Assembly: GCA_045653785.1 (NCBI GenBank)
Contig: JAZOMH010000028.1
Coordinates: 1,736-65,735, forward strand
Source of the DNA: Faecousia sp.
GTDB taxonomy: Bacteria > Bacillota > Clostridia > Oscillospirales > Oscillospiraceae
Direction: 5' to 3'
Length of the DNA: 64,000 nucleotides
The translations under genes were made by a program, and so were the position numbers. Shown here piece by piece: positions 40,171 to 50,245 of the stretch. Within the stretch, counting starts at the first letter, position 1; every line of letters starts with the position of its first letter. A model generated the notes under the pieces. The model worked only from the letters and a program-made list of their open reading frames with translations. It was not told where the DNA came from and did not search any database.

Positions 40171-43087
40171 CCCAGACTTCCTTTATACGGGTTTCTATTT
40201 TTTTGGTAAAAACCTTTATGAGCTGCTTGGATGGCTCAATTAGCGATTGTTCATAGCTAATTTGGTCAAGGATTTTCTTCTGTTCCTCAAGAGATGGAAC
40301 GGGAATGCGATACTGTTTGACATAGTTGATGTCAACACGCTGTTGACCAGCGGTGCCAGTCATAAATGCCTTTCCGCCTTCTATAAACTCAGGTGTGTTG
40401 ATGTGATAGAAAATCCACTCAGGGTACACGAGAGAAGTATTGGCTCGAATTACGATATACTCAGTTGAGCCAAAGCCGATACCATTTGTCAGATTCCGGG
40501 CAATTCCAGCTTTTCCATTTTCAAAGCAAGGAGTAATCTTTGCGAGAAGAATATCATTGTCTTTGAAATAGGTGAATCCAGAAAGCACTTCGGAGAGCTT
40601 CCGATTCTCTTTTGGTGTAAAAGCGGAATCAAAAGTGTTGAGATCGGCCATAGGAACAAACGAAACCTCGGTATTCCCCGGCAACTCCTTGGCCTCGTCT
40701 TTAGAAGGCTTAAACGTTGCTAATTCTGCTAATGTTTTGTAAGTATCAGCCTGACAAATAATCTGAGGAGTATAGTTTGACACAACGGTCCTGGCACCTG
40801 TGATTATGTGCTGGTATCCCTCAATCTCTTCAACCATCTTCTGTTGAATAGCTACAGGAATTTTGTATGTCGGGAGCTCTAACAAATATTTGGCATCTAC
40901 ACGAGGAAGCTGGCCACCACTAACTCCATTTAGAACCATCTCATTAAAACGAGCACTTCTAAAAATGCGGCTATACAATTCTGGCAGTATGCTATCTTTA
41001 TCTTTGGCTCTGAGAACAATAATGTCAGTTGAGCAAATACCATCTGTATTCGGATAAACGACCTTATTTAATGCAGGTCTCAACCTACCATATAGAATAT
41101 CGGACTTCTTAAATACTCGTTTAGCACTTCTTATAGAATCAATCTCACATTCAAGTTCACCTAAAAGCCTTCCAGTTGACGATTCTATGTTCTCTAAGCC
41201 AATGTATACAGTCCGACCGGTTTCGTCAGCAGGGTTAATTGTATCCGAAACAAGCTCAAATAAATCTCCCACCTTGACTAACGGCCAATTATTTTTGGAT
41301 ACAATTGTTTCAGTAGAACGATACCGGCTACCGACAAGGATATGCGAATTTCTCCGCACTTTATCAAGCGGGACAACCTCAAATCCCACCTTTAGCATAT
41401 CTGTAGCCTGATCCTTATCTAACTTTCGATACTCTTCGTACTTTGCTAAATCGCTGGGAGTTTCGAGCTTTCGGCGGTGATTGTCGAGTGTGTATCCATC
41501 GCTCTTGACATCGAAATACCAAAAGTCCTTTTTCTTTTCAGAAGCCTTTACTTTTTTATTAACCTTGGTTGCATAAATGATATCGGTCTTTACACCAGTA
41601 TACGGCAAAAATACACCCTGCGGTAGGGAGATTATACTCTGGAGCTGACAGTGATCCAGTAAATACTCGCGTGTTTTCGCAAGATCCTTGCGGAACAAGA
41701 AACCTTCCGGAACAACAAGGGCCATACGTCCATTTTCAGCAGCACTATTGATTGCTTTCATGCAATGCTGCACGCAGATGCTATCACCATTTGTGCTGGG
41801 AAGATCGTAAAGATTTCCGTGTTTCGTTTTCTGTGAATAGGGCATATTGGCAAGGACAATGTCGAATCCTCTGTGATGCAAAACACCATTCTCCGTGTAT
41901 GTTTCAGTTCCGTCAATGGGATTGGCCAAACTGTCAAGCATTTGGATATTGCTATGCCCGTCACCAGCCAGAATCATGTTCATTTTAGTAATACGGGCGG
42001 TATTAGTAATCTCGTTTCCGTACACCGTAGACTCCCTCAAGATTTTCATGTTAGTCTCGGTTCGTGCCATATTATTGTGGATATATCGGAAACTCTCAAT
42101 CAGGAATCCACCGGTGCCGCAGAATGGGTCATAAATCTTCTCGCCAATCTGCGGATTGACCAAGCGCACCATTGTTTTGACGATATGACGAGGTGTGAAG
42201 TATTCTCCCAAATCATTCTTCGTAGAGGTAGAAGCTTTCAAGAAATATTCAAAAGCATCACCTTTAACATCACTGTCCACATCGGTAAGCATAAGAGGAT
42301 CAAGCTTATCCATAATTTCTTTTAGGATATTCGGATCTCTGATCTGCAGCGGAGTAAAAATATCCGTATCGTAGAGCGCGTTCAGCTTGTCATATACTGT
42401 TTTGTTTATATACTCAATGCGGGTGGAAATGGGAATTTGCTTAATGCTGTCCCAGCTGCAAGCAATATCAAATTTAGTCGGAATACCACTTTCTCGCTTA
42501 ATCTGTTCGCTTTCACTAATAAGCTTCAAGAACAGAATGTTTGCAAATTCACCGAATCTCTCAATACCGGCACGCAGGCCTTCTCCACGAAGCATATTGT
42601 TTGCTTCGTCAAAAATCCGAATAAGCTCTTTACGGTCATACTGAACTTTAGGGCTTACGGTGTTTACTTCGTAGGACGTCAAATAACGCAAAGCAAGGGC
42701 TTCACGAATAAATTCATCTACTTCTTCGCCATTAAGAATAGGGGGCCTATTTGCTACAGTATGAAATGCTTTGCAGAATACACCGTCAGTAGCGAATACG
42801 AGAGGTGCTTCAATGGCTTTTGCGTACTGGATACCTTGCTCCAATGCAGCATCAAGCCGGACACCTTTCTTTTTGGCTTCAATAACGATCAAAGGCTTAT
42901 CGCTATCTTTCGAGTAGAGGACATAGTCAGGGCGCTTTCCCCCGAGTTTCTTTTTCTCTGCTTCAGAACGAGGCTGCTCATAATAGACATTCTGATCTTT
43001 ACCGCTTAATTTCCAACCAAGATTTTCAAGACTGCGATCAATGAGAACACGAGTCTCAGCCTCTAATGGCATTGTATTGGGATTCAT
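40163..43087 (-). CDS. Single-chain restriction-modification enzyme (HsdR_N nuclease + N6-MTase + two specificity domains; Type IIG/IIB-like)
   Basis: RPDYVL..IEAKK; GEYFTPR, DPFCGTGGF, ANMPY; TRD-type GDILY/STD and KITPCFENGK..GSTE segments. Confidence 0.88.
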   Translation of the reverse strand: MNPNTMPLEAETRVLIDRSLENLGWKLSGKDQNVYYEQPRSEAEKKKLGGKRPDYVLYSKDSDKPLIVIEAKKKGVRLDAALEQGIQYAKAIEAPLVFATDGVFCKAFHTVANRPPILNGEEVDEFIREALALRYLTSYEVNTVSPKVQYDRKELIRIFDEANNMLRGEGLRAGIERFGEFANILFLKLISESEQIKRESGIPTKFDIACSWDSIKQIPISTRIEYINKTVYDKLNALYDTDIFTPLQIRDPNILKEIMDKLDPLMLTDVDSDVKGDAFEYFLKASTSTKNDLGEYFTPRHIVKTMVRLVNPQIGEKIYDPFCGTGGFLIESFRYIHNNMARTETNMKILRESTVYGNEITNTARITKMNMILAGDGHSNIQMLDSLANPIDGTETYTENGVLHHRGFDIVLANMPYSQKTKHGNLYDLPSTNGDSICVQHCMKAINSAAENGRMALVVPEGFLFRKDLAKTREYLLDHCQLQSIISLPQGVFLPYTGVKTDIIYATKVNKKVKASEKKKDFWYFDVKSDGYTLDNHRRKLETPSDLAKYEEYRKLDKDQATDMLKVGFEVVPLDKVRRNSHILVGSRYRSTETIVSKNNWPLVKVGDLFELVSDTINPADETGRTVYIGLENIESSTGRLLGELECEIDSIRSAKRVFKKSDILYGRLRPALNKVVYPNTDGICSTDIIVLRAKDKDSILPELYSRIFRSARFNEMVLNGVSGGQLPRVDAKYLLELPTYKIPVAIQQKMVEEIEGYQHIITGARTVVSNYTPQIICQADTYKTLAELATFKPSKDEAKELPGNTEVSFVPMADLNTFDSAFTPKENRKLSEVLSGFTYFKDNDILLAKITPCFENGKAGIARNLTNGIGFGSTEYIVIRANTSLVYPEWIFYHINTPEFIEGGKAFMTGTAGQQRVDINYVKQYRIPVPSLEEQKKILDQISYEQSLIEPSKQLIKVFTKKIETRIKEVWGE

Positions 43088-43353
43088 ACGGCCGCCTCCT
43101 TACTCTGCATATTTCGCAACTCACGATTTGCATTTTCTGTTAATGCGTATTTACCACGGGCGTTCACCTGTGTTACATAGCCTTTTTGGATAAGCTCACG
43201 GATAATAGAATTGACTTTCGGTTTTGTAAAACCTAATGTATCCGCAATTTCCTGCTGCGATAGCTTGATTACAGCTTCATTGTTGACAATGATCTGTCGC
43301 TGAGCCATGCATTCAAGCACTCTGTATCTATCATTCATAAAGAAATCTGACAT
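43084..43353 (-). CDS. Winged-HTH regulator heading the R-M operon
   Basis: LSQQEIADTLGFTKPKVNSIIRELIQKGY..YALT. Confidence 0.8.
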   Translation of the reverse strand: MSDFFMNDRYRVLECMAQRQIIVNNEAVIKLSQQEIADTLGFTKPKVNSIIRELIQKGYVTQVNARGKYALTENANRELRNMQSKEAAV

Positions 43354-43362
43354 AGGCACACC

Positions 43363-43413
43363 TCCGAACCGTTATGGTAAGAATATCTTACCATAACGGT
43401 TCGGAATCGTCAA
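43363..43413 (-). promoter_or_regulatory. R-M operon promoter overlapped by perfect 20-bp inverted repeat
   Basis: TTGACG-17-TAAGAT; TCCGAACCGTTATGGTAAGA-ATA-TCTTACCATAACGGTTCGGA. Confidence 0.75.
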
Positions 43414-43474
43414 CATTATGGATGCCATTCGATGCAAATAGTTGTATAAAATATGAACAAATTATGGTCGTAGG

Positions 43475-43765
43475 TTATCGTAGATTGTTTATGCCGCATT
43501 CCTTTGCTTTTATACTCGCTGCCTTCCAACGCTCTTGGGAATAGGGAGCAGTTAAACGGATGCTGATTCTGCTTTTATCAATTTCGAACCGCAGGCCACC
43601 ATGCTCGTCATCATCGGTCTGTTGGCACAGTTCCGGGAATTTGGCGGCATAGGCCAGCAGCCGCTTTTTCAGCCTGGTATCGTGGGTGTAGACCTCGGCT
43701 GTGGGGTCTTTAGCATTGTAAAAAACTTCCGTGACTTTCTGCTTCTTGGTAAGTCCTGTTCTCAT
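43475..43765 (-). CDS. Hypothetical IME protein
   Basis: AAGGAGG RBS; 96-aa ORF downstream of relaxase. Confidence 0.65.
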   Translation of the reverse strand: MRTGLTKKQKVTEVFYNAKDPTAEVYTHDTRLKKRLLAYAAKFPELCQQTDDDEHGGLRFEIDKSRISIRLTAPYSQERWKAASIKAKECGINNLR

Positions 43766-43978
43766 GGAAAATCCTCCTTTTTTCGTAAATTTTTCTCGGC
43801 TCTTGAGCCGGGAAAATAGGGTAGTTTTCCGCTGGGATTGCCTTAGATGATGTCCGCATCGTTTGGATTGCTCCCATCGGATTTTTTGCGTTTTTCCCGG
43901 CTCTTGAGCTATTTCTGTCTATGTAAGCACCGCCAGCGGAAATACTTCCGCTGAGCGGTGTGTTTTTTGCTGTCAAAG

Positions 43979-45388
43979 TTACCGTTCGTGATCCCTGTTT
44001 CTGTTCCTGGGTTTCTTCCGGCCTTCCTCTTGAAGCCTGCGAATCTGATCCCGGACACTCTGTCTTTCGGGAGGTCTTTCGGTAGACCGCTTTTTCTCCC
44101 TAACTGTCTGCTCCCATTCGGCAAGGTCACGGTTATACTGGCTGACGATCTTTTCCGCCTTTCGGTAGGTGGCCGTGAATGCCTGCACATCGGGATAGCC
44201 GTCCTCTTCCAAAATTGTGGGTAGTGCATCCAGTTCTTCCCGGATGGTCTGCTCCAGATTCTGAATTTCCTGTTCCAGTGCTTTGCGCTCCTTGCCTTTG
44301 AATATGCCCTTTACATCGGCAAGCTGCGCTTTCAGCCTGGGCAGGTCAGTCTCCTGCATCTGCCGGATGTGCTTTGCCTTGTTCTGTACCTTGATCATCA
44401 GTTGCTGCATTTTACGGAACTCCGCAATGTCCATATTCAGCACCGGCTTGGGCGGGAGCTGGGTATTGCGAATCATTCCTTGCAGCAGTTCCTTTGCAGT
44501 GCAGACGATCTTTCGGAACAGTTCCGGTAGCCAGCCATGCTTGGTCACGGATTCTGCGGCCTTGTTGTGAATCTCTTCATTTTTCAGTTCGATGATGGTT
44601 TCTGACCCTATGCCGGACAGTAATGCCATGTCCGCTGTGCGGTTCCATTCCTGCCTTGCGGCATTGTCCGCTTCAATCTCCGCCGCCCTGGGGTTGTTCT
44701 TGCCGATCTTCTTGGTTGCAAGATACACACCGTTGGGATCGAACACCTTTAGGTGTTGCGCCGGATCGGAGATATGGCGGTTGATCAAATCGGTATAGTT
44801 TTCTTTCAGATTGTGTAGAAAGTCTTTGTCCTTGAACCGTTCATCCTTGGGGGTGAACATATGCTGTTCGTAGATTTCGCCTTTCTTAATGACCGTGCAT
44901 CCCGGCCTGATTTTCCCATCCTCTCCGGTGATTTCTTTCTTGGTGCGTACCCGCTTGCTGGTTTCGTCGTAGAACACGCTGCGGCTGGCGATCTTGATAT
45001 CCGGCTCCGGAAGAAGTGTCCGTTCACTGAATATCAGGTGTATGTGGTAGTTGGTCTTGCGTTTGTTGTGGTGGAGTGCGCTGACGCATTCTACACCGTA
45101 CCGCTTGTGAAATTCCTCTGTAAATTCCTTCAGTACCTCTTGCGGGTCATAGGTGGTATACACCTCCGGCAGAGCGATAATCAGCTCTCTTGCTTCGATG
45201 CACTTGCCCTCTGTGCCGAAGCGCCGGAACTCCTGCTGACTTTCGAAGGCCAGGTTTTTCCAGAACTCTGCGTCTGCGGTTTGGTAGGTTGCGTATAGGT
45301 TTTCCTGCCTGTCGGGGCTGGAAATATAGTCGATTCTTCCCTTAACATTCGGCAGCTTTGACATTCGGATAAAGCTGTGCCGTGCCAT
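43979..45388 (-). CDS. MobA/MobL (MOBQ) relaxase
   Basis: GRIDYIS, EARELIIALP, ALHH..NYHIHLIFSER. Confidence 0.88.
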   Translation of the reverse strand: MARHSFIRMSKLPNVKGRIDYISSPDRQENLYATYQTADAEFWKNLAFESQQEFRRFGTEGKCIEARELIIALPEVYTTYDPQEVLKEFTEEFHKRYGVECVSALHHNKRKTNYHIHLIFSERTLLPEPDIKIASRSVFYDETSKRVRTKKEITGEDGKIRPGCTVIKKGEIYEQHMFTPKDERFKDKDFLHNLKENYTDLINRHISDPAQHLKVFDPNGVYLATKKIGKNNPRAAEIEADNAARQEWNRTADMALLSGIGSETIIELKNEEIHNKAAESVTKHGWLPELFRKIVCTAKELLQGMIRNTQLPPKPVLNMDIAEFRKMQQLMIKVQNKAKHIRQMQETDLPRLKAQLADVKGIFKGKERKALEQEIQNLEQTIREELDALPTILEEDGYPDVQAFTATYRKAEKIVSQYNRDLAEWEQTVREKKRSTERPPERQSVRDQIRRLQEEGRKKPRNRNRDHER

Positions 45389-45715
45389 ATATCATCTCCC
45401 GTTCTTTTGTTAAATTTTCATTCTCTCTGGCTCATGTCCGTGCTTAACTCTCGTTCGCTCTCTCACGTCGTAACCCTCGTTGCTCTGCCGTTCTCTTTTG
45501 CAACTGCCATGGGCAGTTGCGCTGTTTTGGATGCCGCAGCAGCCGGAACAGCAATGGAAATTGCGGCTGCAATTTCCGCTGTATCATAGCTGAGAATTCC
45601 TCGCCGAAGCTATGATACAGGCTCCCGGCAGGGCGAAATGCCGCTTGAACAAATCGTCAGATTTGTGCGAGGGGTGTATTTCGCTCTCAAGCGCCGAGGG
45701 CTTCTGAGAGGGTAC

Positions 45716-45931
45716 TCATTCGATCATCCGCACATCGTTCTGAACCAAAAGGTTTCGTCCCTGGTTGACCTCCATAAATCGCTCCAGGGCATCCTTACGG
45801 ATGATGGTCTTGCGTCCCACCTTCAGAACAGGCAGCTTGCCCCAGTCGATCAGTTTCCGCATTGTATTGCGTCCAATCCCGGTGCTTTCCGCCGCTTCTT
45901 CGATGGTCAGTCCCATTTTGCCTACGCTCAT
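45716..45931 (-). CDS. Excisionase-like HTH protein
   Basis: LTIEEAAESTGIGRNTMRKL..VGRKTII. Confidence 0.85.
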   Translation of the reverse strand: MSVGKMGLTIEEAAESTGIGRNTMRKLIDWGKLPVLKVGRKTIIRKDALERFMEVNQGRNLLVQNDVRMIE

Positions 45932-46115
45932 TTCGCTTACCTCCTTGTTAAAATACTCGTTTTGCAACGGTTGTACCATTATTATACCTAGTTTGCTATT
46001 ATCTGTCAACGCATTTTGCAACGCTGTATATGAATAAACTTAAAACAATATGGAAATAACTATTGCAAATTGCAACGATGTGTGCTACAATGATGTCAAC
46101 GGAGGTGAAAAGCCT

Positions 46116-46769
46116 ATGAATGAACCAAATGTGTTCACCGCAAAACAAGTCGGTGAGAGAGTTAAGGAGAGAAGAACGGAACTGAATCTCTCCATGGGCG
46201 ATCTCGGCAAACGACTTGGTGTAAACAAATCCACCATTCAGCGCTATGAATCCAAGGGTGTCGATCCTGAGAAGCGGTATCTGATCGTATCTATCGCAGA
46301 TGCACTTCTGACAACCCCGGAATGGCTCACCGGCCTTTCCGACGCAAAGGAATACGATAGCTACACAAAATGCAGAATGCAGATCACCGAGCATCTGGAC
46401 AGCTACCTGAAAGAAATGGATAGCGTGATTGGCTCCGAAGCCTATCAGCAGTTCCTGGCAGGCCACCTGTGCAACATCATTGATCTGTACGCCGTGTACG
46501 CGGTGCATTTTGCAAGAGCTATGGAAAAAGCGGACGAAGTAGCTACCGATGAAGGACTGAAAGAATCTCTTATGCGGTATGCCATCGAATCCGGTGCCAT
46601 TGTGGAACGGGTCTACCAGCAGGAGATGAATCCCATCATTGAGGATATGAAGCACTACATGGACGGACTGTTACATATCTACGATTACGGCAAGGGTGGC
46701 AAGATCACAAGTGACTTGTTCAAGCTCCCCCTGGAAGCCCGTGACCGACTGAATGGAAACAACGACTAA
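46116..46769 (+). CDS. XRE-family repressor of the nested element
   Basis: VGERVKERR..LGVNKSTIQRYE..TPEWL; divergent from xis, TTGCAAC repeats in between. Confidence 0.85.
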   Translation: MNEPNVFTAKQVGERVKERRTELNLSMGDLGKRLGVNKSTIQRYESKGVDPEKRYLIVSIADALLTTPEWLTGLSDAKEYDSYTKCRMQITEHLDSYLKEMDSVIGSEAYQQFLAGHLCNIIDLYAVYAVHFARAMEKADEVATDEGLKESLMRYAIESGAIVERVYQQEMNPIIEDMKHYMDGLLHIYDYGKGGKITSDLFKLPLEARDRLNGNND

Positions 46770-46917
46770 CCGTGGCACTTTGACAGCTAAATAAGAGCAT
46801 TGTAAAAATGCGAAAAGGCCGATTGCAGCAATACAATCGACCAGTGACATTATTTTACGCACAGCATATGTCGCAGTTCCGATTGCCACGGGTAAGAAAG
46901 GAGACTAAGTATTATCT

Positions 46918-48210
46918 ATGGCAAAAGGATCTGTAAGAAAAAAGGGTAAGAAGTGGTACTACCGCTTCTACATCGAAGACGAAAGCGGCAACAGAGTTCA
47001 AAAAGAGTTCCCCGGCACCGAGAGCAAGAGCGAAACGGAAGCCCTGCTCCGCAAGGCGATGGAGGACTACGATTCCAAAAAGTTCGTAGCCAAGGCTGAC
47101 AATATGACGGTGGGCGAACTGCTGGATATGTGGGTAGAAGAAGATCTGAAACCCAGCAATCTCAGCAACGGCACTGTGATGGCCTACCAAGGCAATGTGG
47201 AACGGATCAAGAAACATCCCATTGCTGACCGAAAGCTGAAATCGGTCACAGCAGACCATCTGCAAGCCTATGCGGATCAGCTCTGTTTTGGTGGCAAATC
47301 TCCGGATGGCACACCCACCCAGCCTTTAAGCAAGGGTTATCTGCGGCAGTTTGCGGCGGTACTTCAACGGGCATTCAAGTTCGCCGTATTCCCCAAGAAA
47401 CTGCTGAGCTTCAATCCCATGGAGTATGTGGTATGGCGGTGGCAGGCAGAGGAATCCGACCTCTTTGCGGAAGATGATGACGAGGAAGCAACTTCCAATG
47501 TGATCACCTATGAGCAGTACATCAAGCTGACAGACTATCTGAAGCAGAAAGAGAACCCGGCATTGCTGCCCATCCAAATCGCCTACTACACCGGACTTCG
47601 CATCGGAGAAGCCTGTGCATTAACCTGGCAGGACATCGACCTGGACAACCAGTGTTTGACCGTGCGGCGCAGTATGCGCTACAACGGCAAGCGACACAAG
47701 ACGGAAATCGGCACCACTAAGCGGAAGAAGATCCGTACCGTGGACTTCTGCGACACCCTGGCAGCACTTCTGCGAAAGGCTAAGACAGAACAGAGCAAAA
47801 ACAGCTTGAAGTACGGTCCCCTTTATTCCCTTAACTACTACAAGGAAGTAAGGGAAAAGAACCGGGTCTACTACGAGGTGTACAGCCTGCCGAGAACGGA
47901 AGAAGTACCGGACGGGTATAAGGAACTGTCAATGGTCTGTGTAAGACCGGACGGAGCCTTTGAATCCCCCGCCACGGTAAGCAGTGTCTGCCGCAGGGCG
48001 AGAACGGTAATGCCTGATCTGGGAGAGTTTCATTTCCATCTGCTCAGACATACCTTCACAACCAATCTGCTGACCCATGGTGCAGCACCCAAGGATGTGC
48101 AGGAGCTTTTAGGCCACTCCGATGTAGGAACTACCATGAACATCTATGCCCACGCAAACCGGGAAACGAAGCGATCTTCCGCCCGGATGCTCGACCAAGT
48201 GGTAAGTTGA
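46918..48210 (+). CDS. Tyrosine integrase
   Basis: TGLRIGE, HLLRHT, LGHS..TMNIY; N-terminal arm-binding domain. Confidence 0.93.
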   Translation: MAKGSVRKKGKKWYYRFYIEDESGNRVQKEFPGTESKSETEALLRKAMEDYDSKKFVAKADNMTVGELLDMWVEEDLKPSNLSNGTVMAYQGNVERIKKHPIADRKLKSVTADHLQAYADQLCFGGKSPDGTPTQPLSKGYLRQFAAVLQRAFKFAVFPKKLLSFNPMEYVVWRWQAEESDLFAEDDDEEATSNVITYEQYIKLTDYLKQKENPALLPIQIAYYTGLRIGEACALTWQDIDLDNQCLTVRRSMRYNGKRHKTEIGTTKRKKIRTVDFCDTLAALLRKAKTEQSKNSLKYGPLYSLNYYKEVREKNRVYYEVYSLPRTEEVPDGYKELSMVCVRPDGAFESPATVSSVCRRARTVMPDLGEFHFHLLRHTFTTNLLTHGAAPKDVQELLGHSDVGTTMNIYAHANRETKRSSARMLDQVVS

Positions 48211-48516
48211 GCATAAAAAGTTTCCCTTGTTTTTCCTCATAAGGGAAGAATCAAGGGAAACTACATAAGGTAAAGAGCAAAACAAGCAAAAAACCACCAT
48301 ATACCGCTAAATTCAAGCGGTTTTAGAGGATTTGTTAGATAAATTCCAATTTGACGAATAGATACAGTCGCCGACCTTATGGTCGGCGGCTGTTATTTTC
48401 GTCATGTTGGGGCGAAATGTGGTTATTTTGAAAAGTAGTATGCGAGTAGTACAAATGGGGTAAACCCGTTGCAAAGGGTGGTAAGCAAAAGTATAGCTTG
48501 GTATGCCGTGCCTGGC

Positions 48517-48555
48517 TTAAATCTTCCCGTGGCAGACGAATAACACTTTTACCAT
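48517..48555 (-). pseudogene. 5' fragment of LMW-PTP gene (MVKVLFVCHG-KI-stop)
   Basis: GAGGAGG RBS; att core TTCCCGTGGCA at 48524-48534. Confidence 0.82.
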
Positions 48556-48743
48556 TGCTAAGATCCTCCTCGATAAACCACGATTTGCCTTGATACACAA
48601 GGCTTTTTCGATTTTGCCGTTTGGCAGATCGTTTTCTAATGTTGCTTTTCGTGGCGTATTGTGGTCTGCAAAAGTAGTAAATTTGGTAGTAAATAGACAC
48701 GGTTTACTACCGGCTTTACTACTTATAGCAGACAAACATATTT

Positions 48744-49943
48744 TCAGGCTTCCATCACCCGGTCGAACTCTGCCTTCGCATCATCGAATTTCACATGGGT
48801 ATATGTGTTCAAGGTTATACTGATGTCGGCATGGCCCATAATGTACTGCAAGGTTTTGGGGTTCATTCCGCTCTTTGCCATATTGGTGCAAAAGGTGTGC
48901 CGGCACACATGGGGTGTAATTTTCGGAAGCTGTATTCTGTAGATGCTGTTGTACTTGTTGCGGATATGCTTAAAGTAATGTTCCCAGTGAAGGCAGACCA
49001 TCGGCATATCGTTCTTGTCCAGGAACAGGAAACCGGTGTGTCCGTCAATCATCGGTTCTTTGGCAGGCTTTTTCCGATTGTTCATCACTCTGCGGAAACA
49101 CGCCATAACCTCGTTGCTCATAGGGACGAACCGTTCGCCACTCTTGGTCTTGGTGTCCTCAATGACATACTCCATTTCTCTGGTGCGCTGCAGCTGATGG
49201 TCTACCCGGATTCGCTTGTTCTTGAAGTCGATATCCGAGAAGGTCAATCCGCAGAACTCAGACACACGAAGTCCAGTGTTGAACAAAATGTAGATACCAT
49301 CGTAGTACTTGCAGTAATGCTCGTCCTTTTTAATGAACTCGAGGAATGCCCTTTCCTGGGCCCGTGTGATAGCTTCCCTTGTGATACTGTCATTGATGAC
49401 AACCTCTGCCAGTTCAAATCCAAAGGGATTCTTGCGGATCAAATCGTCTTGCAGTGCCATCTCGAACGCAGGACGGACCACACCGCGGACAGAATGTATG
49501 GTACTGTATCCTCGACCGTCCACCTTCTGCATCTTGATCAGCCAGCCCTTGGCATCGGACTGTTTTACCTTGTCGATCCGCAGCTTGCCGAAAGCTTCCT
49601 TCTTGAGGATGTTCCGGACGAAGTTGTAATTTGCCAAGGTGTTATGGCGGACATTTACCTTCAGGGACAGATATTTATCTACCAGCTCCAACACGGTCAG
49701 ATCTCCGCCGTTGGGGACAAGCTTGTTGAACAGGTCTTGGTGTATCTGCCGTTCCTTTTCCCGAAGCGAGAGGTCTCTCGCTCTGCCGGGTGGTGTGCGA
49801 TCATTTTTGTCCAGGCGCCAACTGTAAACAAATTTGACATTGCCATTCAGATCTTTGTACTTGTAAGCATATCTGCCATCTTGGCGTTGGATCTCTCCGA
49901 CATGTAAAATGCGGTTGCGGTTATCCCGCCGCTTTTCTCTCAT
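48744..49943 (-). CDS. Tn916-type tyrosine integrase (intact paralog of the element 1 integrase)
   Basis: TGLRVSE, HVCRHT, MGHADI..TY. Confidence 0.93.
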   Translation of the reverse strand: MREKRRDNRNRILHVGEIQRQDGRYAYKYKDLNGNVKFVYSWRLDKNDRTPPGRARDLSLREKERQIHQDLFNKLVPNGGDLTVLELVDKYLSLKVNVRHNTLANYNFVRNILKKEAFGKLRIDKVKQSDAKGWLIKMQKVDGRGYSTIHSVRGVVRPAFEMALQDDLIRKNPFGFELAEVVINDSITREAITRAQERAFLEFIKKDEHYCKYYDGIYILFNTGLRVSEFCGLTFSDIDFKNKRIRVDHQLQRTREMEYVIEDTKTKSGERFVPMSNEVMACFRRVMNNRKKPAKEPMIDGHTGFLFLDKNDMPMVCLHWEHYFKHIRNKYNSIYRIQLPKITPHVCRHTFCTNMAKSGMNPKTLQYIMGHADISITLNTYTHVKFDDAKAEFDRVMEA

Positions 49944-50034
49944 ATAAACTCTCCTTTCTTTGATTGGAAGAAGAGAGCTCCGATATGATAAATGCATTAT
50001 AACATACGGTCGCTCAGTTTACTATTACAAAATT

Positions 50035-50232
50035 CTAAATTACAGACGAAGAATCCAAAAATTCCTCGAAACGCTTCCTTTTTATCATAATTCGGTTTCC
50101 GCTGGTTAATAAAAAGTCAGCATCCATATTTTCGTCCACGATCTGTCGCAGCTTCTTTTCACCGATATGAAAGTATTCTGCGGCTTTGCGGAGTGTCAAC
50201 ATATACTTCTCCCAGTATGGGATATCCGTCAT
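50035..50232 (-). CDS. Tn916-type excisionase
   Basis: IPYWEKYMLTLRKAAEYFHIGEKKLR. Confidence 0.88.
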   Translation of the reverse strand: MTDIPYWEKYMLTLRKAAEYFHIGEKKLRQIVDENMDADFLLTSGNRIMIKRKRFEEFLDSSSVI

Positions 50233-50245
50233 AAGCCAGCCCTCC

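Larger units (their letters stand above)
36330..48354. mobile_element. Nested ~12 kb integrative mobilizable element (tyrosine integrase, MOBQ relaxase, TnpV, R-M cargo)
   Basis: Exact 18-bp direct repeat AGATAAATTCCAATTTGA at 36330-36347 and 48337-48354; imperfect subterminal inverted repeats and CATAAGGG..CAAGGGAA arm-like sites. Confidence 0.85.

Noticed and set aside
45600-45705. oriT of the MOBQ relaxase
   Set aside because: Plausible position and hairpins, but no nick motif could be matched with confidence
48377-48823. ORFs 48377-48700, 48517-48735 and 48590-48823
   Set aside because: They span att and arm-site DNA; only the short ptp 5' fragment is meaningful
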